DNA of 62,350 bases, filler included, from Deltaproteobacteria bacterium (GTDB lineage Bacteria; JAUYMQ01), in the NCBI GenBank assembly GCA_030698575.1. It is 12 parts of 12 records of this genome, joined end to end, with 100 filler letters (N's around TTAATTAATTAA, not from the genome) between each part and the next. Parts side by side here need not be neighbours in the genome. Positions count along the whole stretch, not along the records: positions 47,866 to 50,512 come from JAUYMQ010000010.1; positions 50,613 to 57,384 come from JAUYMQ010000057.1; positions 57,485 to 62,350 come from JAUYMQ010000059.1; 9 more parts are not named here. One strand, written 5' to 3'. Below the pieces are notes generated by a model, which was not told where the DNA came from, searched no databases, and saw nothing but the letters and a program-made list of their open reading frames with translations. Positions 49,259 through 59,740 of the stretch are shown here, in pieces. Each line of letters starts with the position of its first letter. Within the stretch, counting starts at the first letter, position 1. A program made the position numbers and the translations under genes.

Positions 49259-50512
49259 ATGTGTGGAATAGCCGGAATCTATGATCCTCGTCACAGCGTC
49301 GGTCTGTCAACAGACGTCCTCCGCCGCATGGCGGGCGTGATCCGCCACCGGGGGCCGGACGATGACGGGTTCTTCGAGGATTCCGTCGTGGCGCTCGGAA
49401 TGCGGCGACTCTCGATCATCGATCTCAGTACGGGCCGGCAGCCGGTTTCGAATGAGGACGGCACGATCCACGCGGTCTACAACGGGGAGATCTACAATTT
49501 CCGGGAGCTGCGCCGCGATCTCGAAAGCCGCGGGCACACCTTCAGGACCAAGTCCGACTCGGAAGTGATCGTGCACGCCTACGAGGAGGACGGCTCGGAG
49601 TGCGTTCAGCGTTTCCGCGGCATGTTCGCTTTCGCGCTGTGGGACAGCCGCGCCCGCACGCTTCTGCTCGCGCGCGATCGGCTCGGCATCAAGCCGCTCC
49701 ACTACACCTTCCAGGGGGGCGCGCTCGTCTTCGGATCAGAGATCAAGTCGATCCTCTGCCACCCCAAGGTGTCGCGCGAGATGGATCTGGAGGCCCTCGA
49801 TTACTTCTTCACCTATCGCTACATCCCGGATCCGCTGACGATCTTCCGGGACATCCGGAAGCTGCCGGCCGGACACATCCTCGAGGCGACTGACGGGCAG
49901 ATTTCGGTGCGAGCCTACTGGGACGTGCCAGAGCCCGACGAGGCGGCGGCGGAGGATCCGGCCCTCGCGGAGCGACTTCTCGAGCGACTGGATGATGCGG
50001 TGCGTGTCCGGCTGGTTTCCGACGTGCCGCTGGGCGCGTTCCTGTCGGGCGGCATCGATTCCAGCAGCGTCGTGGCCGCCATGGCGGGCGCGATGGCGGA
50101 GCCGGTCAAGACTTTTTCGATTGGGTTCGAGGAAGAAGCCTTCGACGAACTGCGCTATGCGCGGCTGACGTCGAAGCGCCACGCCACCGATCATCGCGAG
50201 CGGGTCGTCCGGTCGGGAGATCTGAGCCTGCTTGACGACGTCGTGGGATTCTTCGACGAGCCTTTCGGCGACATTTCGAGCGTGCCGACCTTTCTCCTGT
50301 CGAAGCTGGCGCGTGAGCGTGTCACCGTGGCGCTTTCCGGCGACGGCGGCGACGAGCTGTTCGCGGGGTATGAGCGCTACCGGGTGGACCGGGATTTCGC
50401 GCGATTCGACTTCCTGCCGCTTTCCCTCCGCCGGACTGTCTTTGGGGCGCTTTCCGCGATGTGGCCCGCCAATCTGCGGGGCGGGGAGCGACTGGCGCGT
50501 TTCGGACACGCC
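49259..50512 (+). CDS. asnB: Asparagine synthase (glutamine-hydrolysing) family amidotransferase, 3'-truncated
   Basis: MCGIAG, HRGPD, NGEIYN, LSGGIDSS, LSGDGGDELFAGY. Confidence 0.95.
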
Positions 50513-50612
50513 NNNNNNNNNNNNNNNNNNNNNNNNNNNNNNNNNNNNNNNNNNNNTTAATTAATTAANNNNNNNNNNNNNNNNNNNNNNNNNNNNNNNN
50601 NNNNNNNNNNNN

Positions 50613-51536
50613 GGCGGATCCCACGGTGGGGGGTTCGGCGGAGGGGGCGGCGGATTCGGCGGCGGCGGATTCGGGGGAGGCGGATTCGGGGGTGGTGGAT
50701 CCCACGGCGGCGGATTCGGCGGAGGCGGGGGCGGATTCGGCGGCGGGGGCGGGGGCGGCAGCCACGCCCAGGGAGCCGCCGCCTCGCAGCACGCGCAGGG
50801 GGGCGGATCGGGAAGCTTTGGCCAGAACGCCGGTTCCCAGCAGGGAAGCATGTCGGAAAACCAGCAGAACCGGCAGAGCTCCGTTTCGCAGAATCAGCAG
50901 AACCGGCAGGGCACCTCTTCGCAGAACCAGCAGAACCGGCAGCAGAGCGCCAACCAGGCCGCGAAGGACTGGGACAACGACGGGAACACCGATTACGGGA
51001 ACACTTACCACAACACCTACAACAACTACGGGAACTATAACGACTGGGACAATCACTGGGGCGGTGCCTACGGGAACGCCGCGGCTGCGGGGGTGGCTGG
51101 TTTCGTCCTCGGAGCGGCGGTGGCATCGATTCCCAACAACTCGACCACCGTGGTGGTAGCAGGCACCAACTACTACTACGCGAACGGGATCTACTACGCC
51201 TCATCGGGCAATGGGTACACGGTCGTGGCCGCGCCGGCGGGCGCGGTCGTCCAGGCCCTCCCGCCGACGGTCAGCACGGTGTATTCCGGGTCATCGCCCT
51301 ACTACTACGGGGACGGCGCGTACTACACCCCCGCCTCGAGCGGGGGGTACCAGGTCGTGGCGCCCCCTGTCGGCGCCACGGTGAAGGTGCTTCCCCAGGG
51401 CGAGACGCAGCAGACGATCAACGGCACCCAGTATTACGTGTACGGAAACACCTGGTATCAGCCGTTCCACAGCGGAAGCAGCGTCGTTTACATGGTGGTG
51501 CAAAATCCGACTCCCGGCGCGTCGCCCCCGTCCTGA
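50613..51536 (+). CDS. Gly-rich / Gln-Asn repeat protein with Tyr-rich DUF6515-like C-terminus, 5'-truncated
   Basis: Frame open from contig start: GGGF repeats, three S(E/Q)NQQNRQ units at 33-nt spacing, YxVVxxPxGA motifs. Confidence 0.75.
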   Translation, partial: GGSHGGGFGGGGGGFGGGGFGGGGFGGGGSHGGGFGGGGGGFGGGGGGGSHAQGAAASQHAQGGGSGSFGQNAGSQQGSMSENQQNRQSSVSQNQQNRQGTSSQNQQNRQQSANQAAKDWDNDGNTDYGNTYHNTYNNYGNYNDWDNHWGGAYGNAAAAGVAGFVLGAAVASIPNNSTTVVVAGTNYYYANGIYYASSGNGYTVVAAPAGAVVQALPPTVSTVYSGSSPYYYGDGAYYTPASSGGYQVVAPPVGATVKVLPQGETQQTINGTQYYVYGNTWYQPFHSGSSVVYMVVQNPTPGASPPS

Positions 51537-51584
51537 GGCGAGCGGGGGGGGCTGGACGAGGCTGCAACGCGGGGCGGGCAATCC

Positions 51585-52355
51585 TCAGGGCGCCGCAGGT
51601 GAAGGTGGCGCAGAAGGCGGCGGCGGGGGCGCGCGCTTCAAACTCGCTGACAGGAAAACACCCGCCAGTATCGCGGCCGTGAGGAACCAGGTCCAGGCGT
51701 ACTCCAGGTGGTTCACGCGCGGCCGCGGCACCGCCCACTCGCCTTCCGGATAGTCCCCATCGTCGACGTCTCCCCGTTTGAGCACCACCGGCGCCACGGG
51801 GCGCCCGATCTGCGCCTCGAGCCCCGGCACGTCGAACTTGAGCCAGCGGCGATGCTTCTCGGGTGCGGCCGCTTGCGACGGCGCATCTCCCCCCCGCCCG
51901 CGCGCTCTAGCCGGCACGAGCGAGCCGATTACATCGAGCGGCCCGCGATCCCCGCGCTCGGCCAGCGCCTTCTCCTCGTCGCGAAAGCTGATCCAGCCCC
52001 GGTCGACCAGGATCGCCACCGGCGCGCCGTCCTGCCGCGGAATGTCCTCGACAACGAGGGGACTCACGACCAGTGAGCCGCTGGCGTTGGGGCGGCGGGC
52101 CAGCACGAGGACGGTGTCGTCGAGGCGATAGGTGCCGCGGGCGCGCACGCGCCGCCACGCGTTGGCCTCGGGATCGGCCAGGGCTTCGGCGAGGGCAATC
52201 GGCGGCGCTGCGAGGCGCGCCTGGGCCAGCGTCATGAGATCCTGCGTCTCGTGGTGGCGCGAGAGCTGCCAGAAGCCCAGCGTGAGAAGAAGCGCGAAAC
52301 CCGCCGCGGAGGCGAGTGCCGGCACCAGGGCGGGACGGAAGCTGAGAGAAGGCAT
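51585..52355 (-). CDS. SURF1 family protein
   Basis: LGFWQLSR, LVDRGW, NHLEYAWTWF. Confidence 0.9.
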   Translation of the reverse strand: MPSLSFRPALVPALASAAGFALLLTLGFWQLSRHHETQDLMTLAQARLAAPPIALAEALADPEANAWRRVRARGTYRLDDTVLVLARRPNASGSLVVSPLVVEDIPRQDGAPVAILVDRGWISFRDEEKALAERGDRGPLDVIGSLVPARARGRGGDAPSQAAAPEKHRRWLKFDVPGLEAQIGRPVAPVVLKRGDVDDGDYPEGEWAVPRPRVNHLEYAWTWFLTAAILAGVFLSASLKRAPPPPPSAPPSPAAP

Positions 52356-52471
52356 GGGCGCTCCTGGCGCTCCGCCGGGCGGGGGTGTTCCGCGGCGCGC
52401 GCATACGCTATGATGCCGCGCAATCGGCGCCCGCGCCAGCAGGCGTCGGACAGCAAAGAGGGAGGATTGAT

Positions 52472-52603
52472 ATGGTTCACGCGGAAAAGGGCGGCGGGAA
52501 CTGGGCCGCCACGTTCATCCTGAGCTTGCTCCTGTGGGGCGGCATCCTCGCCGTCGTCGTCACCCTCGGCCACCAGCTCGCGCTCTACGTGCACGCGCAC
52601 TGA
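52472..52603 (+). CDS. Small membrane peptide
   Basis: GGAGG RBS before ATG; one hydrophobic segment. Confidence 0.45.
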   Translation: MVHAEKGGGNWAATFILSLLLWGGILAVVVTLGHQLALYVHAH

Positions 52604-52606
52604 AAA

Positions 52607-53578
52607 GTGGTGGCGCCCGCGCGATCCCCGGAAGCCATCCGCATCGGCATCTCGAGTTGCCTTCTGGGCGCCGAGGTGCGCCACGACGGCGGTCACAGGC
52701 GCGACCGTCTCATCACCGACGTCCTCGGCGATTACTTCGAATACACGCCGGTCTGCCCGGAACTGGAGTCCGGCATGGGGGTCCCCCGGGAACCGGTGCG
52801 CCTGGTCGGAGACGTGGACCGGCCCCTGATGGTGGGCGTCCGGTCCGGCGAGGATCACACCCGGAGGATGGAGCGCTACTCGCAGGCGCGGGTAAAGGCG
52901 CTCGCGCGGCTTGATCTGTCGGGCTACCTGCTCAAGGCCAAATCCCCCTCCTGCGGCATGGAGCGCGTGAAGACTTACAACCGCTCGGGCAGCTTCGTCG
53001 GCAAGAACGCACGCGGCATCTTCGCGCGCCATTTGATCGAGGGGTTGCCGCACCTGCCCGTCGAGGAGGAAGGGCGGCTGAAGGATGCGAAGCTTCGGGA
53101 AAACTTCGTCGAGCGCGTCTTCTGCTACCACCGCTGGCGGGCGCTGCTCGCGGCGGGCATCACGGCGGGGCGGCTTGTGGCCTTTCATACGGCCCACAAG
53201 CTCCTCCTCATGGCGCACAGCCCCGATCACTACCGCCGGCTCGGCCGTCTGGTCGCCTCGGCGAAGAAGCAACGGCCGGCGGCGCTGGCCGAGAGTTACG
53301 CCGCCCTTTTCTTCGAGGGGCTGGCCCATCAGGCCACCACAAAGCGCAACACCAACGTGCTGCAACACGTTGCGGGATATTTCAGGAAGCAGATCACGCG
53401 TGACGAAAGAACCGAACTCGCCGCGCTCATCGAGGAGTATCACCGGGGTCTGCTTCCGCTCATCGTGCCCATCACGCTCATCAATCACTACGTCCGCAAG
53501 TACGACGAGCCCTATCTCGCCGGGCAGCTCTACCTGAACCCGCATCCCAGGGAACTCATGCTCCGGAATCACGTATGA
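52607..53578 (+). CDS. DUF523 + DUF1722 (YbgA-like) protein
   Basis: ISSCLLG, PVCPE, KSPSCG, NVLQHVAGYF, YLNPHP. Confidence 0.92.
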   Translation: MVAPARSPEAIRIGISSCLLGAEVRHDGGHRRDRLITDVLGDYFEYTPVCPELESGMGVPREPVRLVGDVDRPLMVGVRSGEDHTRRMERYSQARVKALARLDLSGYLLKAKSPSCGMERVKTYNRSGSFVGKNARGIFARHLIEGLPHLPVEEEGRLKDAKLRENFVERVFCYHRWRALLAAGITAGRLVAFHTAHKLLLMAHSPDHYRRLGRLVASAKKQRPAALAESYAALFFEGLAHQATTKRNTNVLQHVAGYFRKQITRDERTELAALIEEYHRGLLPLIVPITLINHYVRKYDEPYLAGQLYLNPHPRELMLRNHV

Positions 53579-54453
53579 ACGGGCCCGGCCCGGCGCCACC
53601 GGATCGCCCTGCGCGCGGCGGGCCCGAGATTCCCGCCTGGACCGCGTTCGTCGTCTTCATGTTCGCCGTGACGATGGGCTACGCGGCATCGGGACTGGCG
53701 CTCTACGCGGTGGCCTGGCTCCAGGCCGGGAAGGTGCCGCCCGGATCGACGGCGGTGCTCCTCGCAACGGCCGCCACGATCCCCGGGCTCCTGGCGGTCG
53801 TGGGCGCGATCGCAGTCACCGAGATCCTCGTCGTCCTGTCGGCGCTGCGCTCGCTGCGGGCGCCGGCGCGGGAAGCGCTCCGGCTCGCGCCCAGCGCGGC
53901 CGGCCCGGGCGTTCTCGCGCTGGCCGCCGTCGCCATGCTGCTCCTCAGCCACGCGCTCGACACCTCGGTCCATATCGCAGGGCTGGCCGACGATGGCACG
54001 CTGGGGCGCCTGAGAGAGGTCTTCGCCAACGCCCCGCCGGCGGCCCTCCTGGCATCCGTCGCCGTGGTCGGCCTCCTCGCGGCCACGGCGGAGGAGTTGC
54101 TGTTCCGCGGTTTCATGCAGACACGGCTCACGGCGCGCCTGGGCCCGGCGGCGGGCGTGACCGTGACGTCGATCTTCTTCGGCCTGGCCCACTTCGACCC
54201 CGTTCAGGGGGGTGCGGCCGTGCTGCTCGGGATCTACCTCGGCGCAATCACCGAATGGTCGGGGAGCCTCCGGCCGGCCATACTGTGCCACATTTTGAAC
54301 AACACTCTCGGCACGCTGGCGCCGGCCATGATTGATGGCGGGGGCGAAACGTCCTTTCAGTACGCAAGCCTCGCCGTTTCGACGGGCGGACTCGCGGTGC
54401 TGCTGCCATGGCTGCGCCGGCGCCTTCGCCCGGTTCCGCTGCGAGCCGGCTAG
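53575..54453 (+). CDS. CPBP intramembrane glutamic endopeptidase
   Basis: EELLFRG, FGLAH, HILNN. Confidence 0.9.
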   Translation: MNGPGPAPPDRPARGGPEIPAWTAFVVFMFAVTMGYAASGLALYAVAWLQAGKVPPGSTAVLLATAATIPGLLAVVGAIAVTEILVVLSALRSLRAPAREALRLAPSAAGPGVLALAAVAMLLLSHALDTSVHIAGLADDGTLGRLREVFANAPPAALLASVAVVGLLAATAEELLFRGFMQTRLTARLGPAAGVTVTSIFFGLAHFDPVQGGAAVLLGIYLGAITEWSGSLRPAILCHILNNTLGTLAPAMIDGGGETSFQYASLAVSTGGLAVLLPWLRRRLRPVPLRAG

Positions 54454-54576
54454 CATGCAGTTGCCCGCCCGGGCTTTCGACTTGACCGGCCGGAGCGGTT
54501 CGCGGATAGTTGTCGCTTTGCCGCGCACCCGAGCCCGCCGATCTGATCTCTTGACGCCAACGACGAGTGTGATTCC

Positions 54577-56265
54577 TTGAGTTGCGTTGCTTACTTTTCG
54601 ATGGAAATCGCCCTGGCCTCGGGCATGCCGACCTATAGCGGCGGGCTCGGGGTGCTTGCCGGCGACACGCTCCGCGCCGCGGCCGACATGCGCGTGGAGA
54701 TGATCGGTGTCACGCTGCTCCACCGCCGGGGATACTTCTTCCAGAGTATCGACGAGACCGGCTGGCAGCAGGAGAAACCGGACGCCTGGGTCGTCGAGGA
54801 TTTCCTCCAGGAGCTCCCGCAGCGCGCGACGGTCACGATCGAGGGGCGCCCGGTCAGGCTGCGCGCCTGGCGCTACTTCATCCAGGGACCCGGCGGCTTC
54901 GTGGTCCCGGTTTATCTGCTCGACACCGATCTGCCGGAAAACTCAGCCCCGGACCGCGAGCTGACGCACTACCTCTACGGCGGCGATGACCGCTACCGGC
55001 TCTGCCAGGAGGTCGTGCTGGGGATCGGGGGCATTCGCATGCTGCGGGCGCTCGGGCACGACGACATCGTCCGGTTCCACATGAACGAGGGGCACGCCAG
55101 CCTGCTCACCCTGGCGCTTCTGGACGAGCAGGCCGAGAAGGCGAACCGCAAGACCTTCAGCAAGGAAGACATCGACGAGGTCCGGGAGCTATGCGTCTTC
55201 ACGACGCACACCCCGGTTCCCGCAGGCCACGATCAGTTCACGCTTGATCTGGTGAACAGCGTGCTGGAACGCCCCGAGATCGGCGCCATGCCGGAGACGT
55301 TCTGCTTCGACGGCATGCTCAACATGACCCACCTCGGGCTCAACCTCGCGCACTACATCAACGGCGTGGCCAAGAAGCACGCCGAAGTTTCGCAGAACAT
55401 GTTCAGGACGCACGTGATCGAGTCGATCACGAATGGAATCCACGTCGGCACCTTCGCCTCGCCCCCCATTCAAGCCCTTTTTAATCGCTACCTTCCCGGC
55501 TGGCGTGCCGACAACTTCGTGCTGCGCGGGGCCATGAAGATTCCGAAACAGGAGATCTGGGACGCCCACCAGGAAGCCAAGCGCTTGCTCATCGAACACG
55601 TGAACGCGGAGACCGGCGCCGGGATGGACCTCGATCATCTTACCCTCGGCTTCGCCCGCCGTGCGGCGACTTACAAGCGCGCCGACCTTCTCTTTCACGA
55701 TTTGAAACGCCTGCGCTCGATCGCGAAGAACATCGGCCCCATCCAGGTAGTCTACGCCGGCAAGGCCCACCCGCGGGACGACGCGGGGAAGGCGATCATC
55801 AGGCACATCCTGCAGGCGAAGAAAGAGCTGCGTTACGAGATCAAGATCGCCTACCTGGAAAACTACCGCCTGGAACTGGGCAAGCTGCTGACGGCGGGCG
55901 TCGACGTCTGGCTCAACACGCCTCTGCCGCCGCTGGAGGCCTCCGGCACGAGCGGCATGAAGGCGGCGCTGAACGGCGTGCCGAGCCTCAGCATCCTCGA
56001 CGGCTGGTGGATCGAGGGGCACATCGAAGGGATCACCGGCTGGGCCATCGCCGACCACGGCAGCGAGCCGGCCTCGCCGGCGGACGAATCCGAGCGCGAC
56101 GCGGAGTATCTCTACAGGAAGCTCGAGAACCTCGTGGTGCCGCTCTACTACCAGGATCGCGAAGCGTTCGTCGACGTCATGCGCCACGCCATGGCGATCA
56201 ACGGCTCCTTCTTCCACACGCAGCGCATGGTCGCGGAGTACGTCCTCAAGGCCTACTTCCGCTGA
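54577..56265 (+). CDS. glgP: Alpha-glucan phosphorylase (short type)
   Basis: [34 protein letters not shown]. Confidence 0.95.
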   Translation: MSCVAYFSMEIALASGMPTYSGGLGVLAGDTLRAAADMRVEMIGVTLLHRRGYFFQSIDETGWQQEKPDAWVVEDFLQELPQRATVTIEGRPVRLRAWRYFIQGPGGFVVPVYLLDTDLPENSAPDRELTHYLYGGDDRYRLCQEVVLGIGGIRMLRALGHDDIVRFHMNEGHASLLTLALLDEQAEKANRKTFSKEDIDEVRELCVFTTHTPVPAGHDQFTLDLVNSVLERPEIGAMPETFCFDGMLNMTHLGLNLAHYINGVAKKHAEVSQNMFRTHVIESITNGIHVGTFASPPIQALFNRYLPGWRADNFVLRGAMKIPKQEIWDAHQEAKRLLIEHVNAETGAGMDLDHLTLGFARRAATYKRADLLFHDLKRLRSIAKNIGPIQVVYAGKAHPRDDAGKAIIRHILQAKKELRYEIKIAYLENYRLELGKLLTAGVDVWLNTPLPPLEASGTSGMKAALNGVPSLSILDGWWIEGHIEGITGWAIADHGSEPASPADESERDAEYLYRKLENLVVPLYYQDREAFVDVMRHAMAINGSFFHTQRMVAEYVLKAYFR

Positions 56266-56288
56266 GCGGCCCGGCGGCGGATTGAACC

Positions 56289-57384
56289 ATGCGGCCACAC
56301 CCTGTTCTCTACGAAGCCAGCGCCCGCCTTCTTCTCAACCGTCTCTCGGCCGGGACAGGCCGCCCGCTCTCGCTCGCGCGCATTCCGGTGGAGTTCTGGC
56401 GGCGCCTTGAGGCGCGGGGATTCGATCTTCTCTGGCTCATGGGCGTGTGGCGCCGGAGCGCGGAGGCGCGCGGGCGCGCGCTCGCCCACGCGGACCTGCG
56501 CGAGGCTTACGGCCGGGCGCTGCCGGACTGGAAGGATTCCGACGTCGAAGGCTCGCCCTATGCCGTGGCAGCCTACACGCTTGATCCCGCCCTCGGCGCC
56601 GAGGGCGATCTCGCCCTCCTTCGCGACAATCTCCACCGCGCAGGCCTCGGACTCATCCTCGACTTCGTTCCAAACCACATTGCCCGCGACCACGCCTGGA
56701 CTCGCGATCATCCCGATCGCTTCGTGCGAGCGCTGAGCGAGAAGGTTCTGCACGCCCACCCGGGTTGGTTCTTCGAAACCGCCGGCGGCGTCCGGCTCGC
56801 GCACGGCCGCGATCCCAACTTCCCGTCCTGGGACGACACAGCGCAGGTGAACTTCTTCTCGGCCGAGGCGCGAGAGGCTCTCGTGGGCGAACTTCTGCGG
56901 ATCGCCGGCGTGGCCGACGGCGTGCGCTGCGACATGGCGATGCTCGCCCTGACCGACATCTTCGGGCACGTCTGGGGGCGGTTTCTTCCGGGCGCAGCCC
57001 GGCCGCCCGCGGAGTTCTGGAGCGAGGCCATCGCGCGCGTCCGCGCGCAGCATCCCGGATTTATTTTCATCGCCGAAGCCTACTGGGGTTCGGAGCCCCG
57101 TCTTCTCGATCTCGGTTTCGACTACACCTACGACAAGACACTCTACGACCGCCTCCTCCACGGCGGCGCTGAGGGGGCGCGTCATCACCTCGAGTCCCAG
57201 GGGGGCCGGGCCGCGCGCTGGGTCCGCTTCATCGAAAACCACGATGAGGCCCGCGCCACGGCCGCCTTCGGGCGCGAGCGGTCGCTCGCGGCGGCGACGG
57301 CCGCGCTGACGCTGCCCGGCCTGCGGCTCATCCACGACGGGCAGATGGAAGGAAGGCGGGCGCGGTTGCCGGTTCAGCTTCTGC
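56289..57384 (+). CDS. GH13 alpha-amylase family protein, 3'-truncated
   Basis: LDFVPNH, DGVRCDMA, AEAY, ENHD. Confidence 0.9.
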
Positions 57385-57484
57385 NNNNNNNNNNNNNNNN
57401 NNNNNNNNNNNNNNNNNNNNNNNNNNNNTTAATTAATTAANNNNNNNNNNNNNNNNNNNNNNNNNNNNNNNNNNNNNNNNNNNN

Positions 57485-57714
57485 AGCGGATCATCGCCCA
57501 CCTCGATCTCCATGGAGTAAATCGGCGCGAACTGGCCCGTTTTTTCAAAGAAGTCGCGGCCGATGATCTCTTTTTCCCAGAGCGCGTAATGAAATTGGCC
57601 GGTGTAACGGAGGGTGCTGTGAAGCTTGAACGACCACCGCTCGGTGAGGTCTTCCCAGGCAAGGCTGGTCGTCGATACATCCTGCCAGGTGAAGTCGGAG
57701 TTCCTAGAGCTCAA
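57485..57714 (-). CDS. Hypothetical protein, 3'-truncated
   Basis: Start overlaps the HEAT gene stop; protein-like composition. Confidence 0.45.
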
Positions 57715-58601
57715 CGAGACCTTGCCCGCGCCTTGCGGCGGCTGGCCGCGGCGGCTCGGGTGGTCCGCGCCCGACGGCGCGGCACCGCGGGCGCCAGGCG
57801 CGCCAGCGCGTGGCGGGCGGCGCGGCGAAGATCGGGATCTTCGGCCTCCATCGTCTCTTCGAGCGACGTCCTGACGTCGCGACGGCTCGGGGCAATCTGC
57901 CCGAGCGCGACGGCTGCCACGCGGCGGATGAGAATGGAAGGGTCCTGCTTGAGCGCGCGTAAGAGGGCGTCGAGCACCAGGCGGGAGCGTTGGCCGAGGC
58001 GGCCCAGCGATGAGGCGGCCGTTGAGCGGACAATCGGATCGGGGTCAGTGAGCGCGCGGAGGAAGGGATCGGCCCCCACCGAGGCGCTGCGCGGCAGATC
58101 CCTCAGGCAGTAGAGCGCCATGCGCCGCTCGACCGGCGTCCCTCGCCGCGCGAGGGTTCGGAGCCGGGCGGCCAGCCGGGCTTGGGAATGGGCCAGCCTC
58201 GTGAGCGTCTCGGCGGCGGCCCGGCGCTCCTCCTCTTCGTCGAGGGAAAAGCCCCGGAGCAGCGGCTCGATGAGCTGACTCCTGGAGCCGCCGTCGCGGG
58301 CGAGTATCTGCGCGGCGCTCGACGCCACGTTCGGGTTCCGGTGGCCGAGCGCCTCCTTCAGGCGGCCGCGGATCGCCCGCCGGGTCGGGCCGTTTCCCTC
58401 GGCAAGCCAGGCCGCCAGGGAGTCCCGCGCGAAACGCCGGACGGCGCGCTCTTCGTCGCCCAGCCGGCAGACGCAGGCCCGCATCAGGGCGGCAGGCGGG
58501 CACCCGCCCTCGGCGTCGCGAACCAGGTTCCCCAGGGCGCGGCGGCGCAAGATGGCGTCGCCGGACCGGAGATCCTGGGAATGGCTGTTCTCTGCCTCCA
58601 A
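57711..58601 (-). CDS. HEAT-repeat protein
   Basis: Repeated D-x-VR-x2-AA-x2-LG units. Confidence 0.8.
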   Translation of the reverse strand: MEAENSHSQDLRSGDAILRRRALGNLVRDAEGGCPPAALMRACVCRLGDEERAVRRFARDSLAAWLAEGNGPTRRAIRGRLKEALGHRNPNVASSAAQILARDGGSRSQLIEPLLRGFSLDEEEERRAAAETLTRLAHSQARLAARLRTLARRGTPVERRMALYCLRDLPRSASVGADPFLRALTDPDPIVRSTAASSLGRLGQRSRLVLDALLRALKQDPSILIRRVAAVALGQIAPSRRDVRTSLEETMEAEDPDLRRAARHALARLAPAVPRRRARTTRAAAASRRKARARSR

Positions 58602-58638
58602 GACCGCCCCCCTTCGAGGCCCCTCCGGCGTCAGGAGG

Positions 58639-58983
58639 TTATCCCGGCTGCCCGCGATTCCCCGCGGTTTCCGCGGGGCCGGCGATGTCCACGAACAGCT
58701 GCTCGCCGTCGATTTTCACCGGGAAGGTTTGAACCGCGATCTCCTTCGCTCCCGGCATGCAGCCGGTGGAGAGATCAAAAGTCCATCCGTGCTCAGGACA
58801 GGAGACACGGCGGTTCTTCACGCGTCCCAGACCCAGGTCCGCGCCCGTGTGAGGGCAGACAGCGTCAATCGCGTAGAGTTCGTCAGCGTAACGGAAGATT
58901 GCGATGCGCCGTCCCTGGAGCCGTAGCGTTCGCCCCTTGCCTTCCGCAAAGTCGCTCGCGGCGCCGATCCGAGTCCACTTCAT
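58639..58983 (-). CDS. Rieske [2Fe-2S] ferredoxin (NirD-like)
   Basis: CPH...CPEH. Confidence 0.92.
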   Translation of the reverse strand: MKWTRIGAASDFAEGKGRTLRLQGRRIAIFRYADELYAIDAVCPHTGADLGLGRVKNRRVSCPEHGWTFDLSTGCMPGAKEIAVQTFPVKIDGEQLFVDIAGPAETAGNRGQPG

Positions 58984-59143
58984 GACAGGAGCATATCTGA
59001 TCGATCAAGGCAAGTCACGCGAGCAAGGTTCGGTTTCGCTCGCACAGCGCGCCCCTGCAGTGAGAGGAAGGAGTGGAGGTTTGACGGCGCTCCAAACCTG
59101 TGAGAATCTTGCGGTTGAGAAAAAGGTTACGGGAGACTCATCG

Positions 59144-59740
59144 ATGCCCCCGACCTCACCCGGCGCCGGCTTCCGGCCGGCTGCCCTGACTCGCCGCGGA
59201 TTCCTGAAGCGCACAGCTGCGACGAGCGCATTTCTCCTTGCAGTTCGCCTGGGTGCAGCGCCCTCACCGGCACGAGCCGCCGTCCACCCCCGTGCGAAGC
59301 ACCTCGATGTGGACAGCCACGCGACGCTCGAGGCCCTCTGCGATCAATTGATCACCCCGGCGCCCGGGGCACCCACGGCATCCGGGGCGCGGACGGCTCT
59401 GCGAATTGATCACGAGGTGGGATTGCAGGGGCCGCTCTTCGCCCGGGACATTCGCGACGCGCTTACGGTCGTTGCCTACAGCGGAATCCTGGAAGGAAAG
59501 CTGGGCGCCTTCACGAAGCTCGGCCCCGAGGCGCAGGAGGCGGTGCTGCGGGGAATGATGGGAAGCCGTTTCAGCTGGCGCCGCACTTCCTTCCAGGGGC
59601 TCAAGCAGATCATCCTGTTCTACTATTACGCCGACGACCGCACCTGGCCCTCGACCGGTTACAACGGTCCCTGGGAGCCGCGCAAGATTGCCGAGACGGA
59701 GAGCGATTTTCCGTTCCCGCCGGCGGAACGGAAAGCATGA
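59144..59740 (+). CDS. Tat-signal small subunit (gluconate 2-dehydrogenase subunit 3-like)
   Basis: TRRGFLK Tat motif; W-x3-GY-x-GP; ATGA overlap with the GMC gene. Confidence 0.7.
   Translation: MPPTSPGAGFRPAALTRRGFLKRTAATSAFLLAVRLGAAPSPARAAVHPRAKHLDVDSHATLEALCDQLITPAPGAPTASGARTALRIDHEVGLQGPLFARDIRDALTVVAYSGILEGKLGAFTKLGPEAQEAVLRGMMGSRFSWRRTSFQGLKQIILFYYYADDRTWPSTGYNGPWEPRKIAETESDFPFPPAERKA

Noticed and set aside
50561-50851. Poly-proline ORF on the minus strand
   Set aside because: Reverse complement of the Gly-rich coding region
54577-56265. Short (562 aa) glucan phosphorylase
   Set aside because: All catalytic motifs are present and short alpha-glucan phosphorylases are a known subtype
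4516-57484. Recurring TTAATTAATTAA motif flanked by Ns
   Set aside because: Artificial contig linker, not biological; cross-contig synteny was not interpreted
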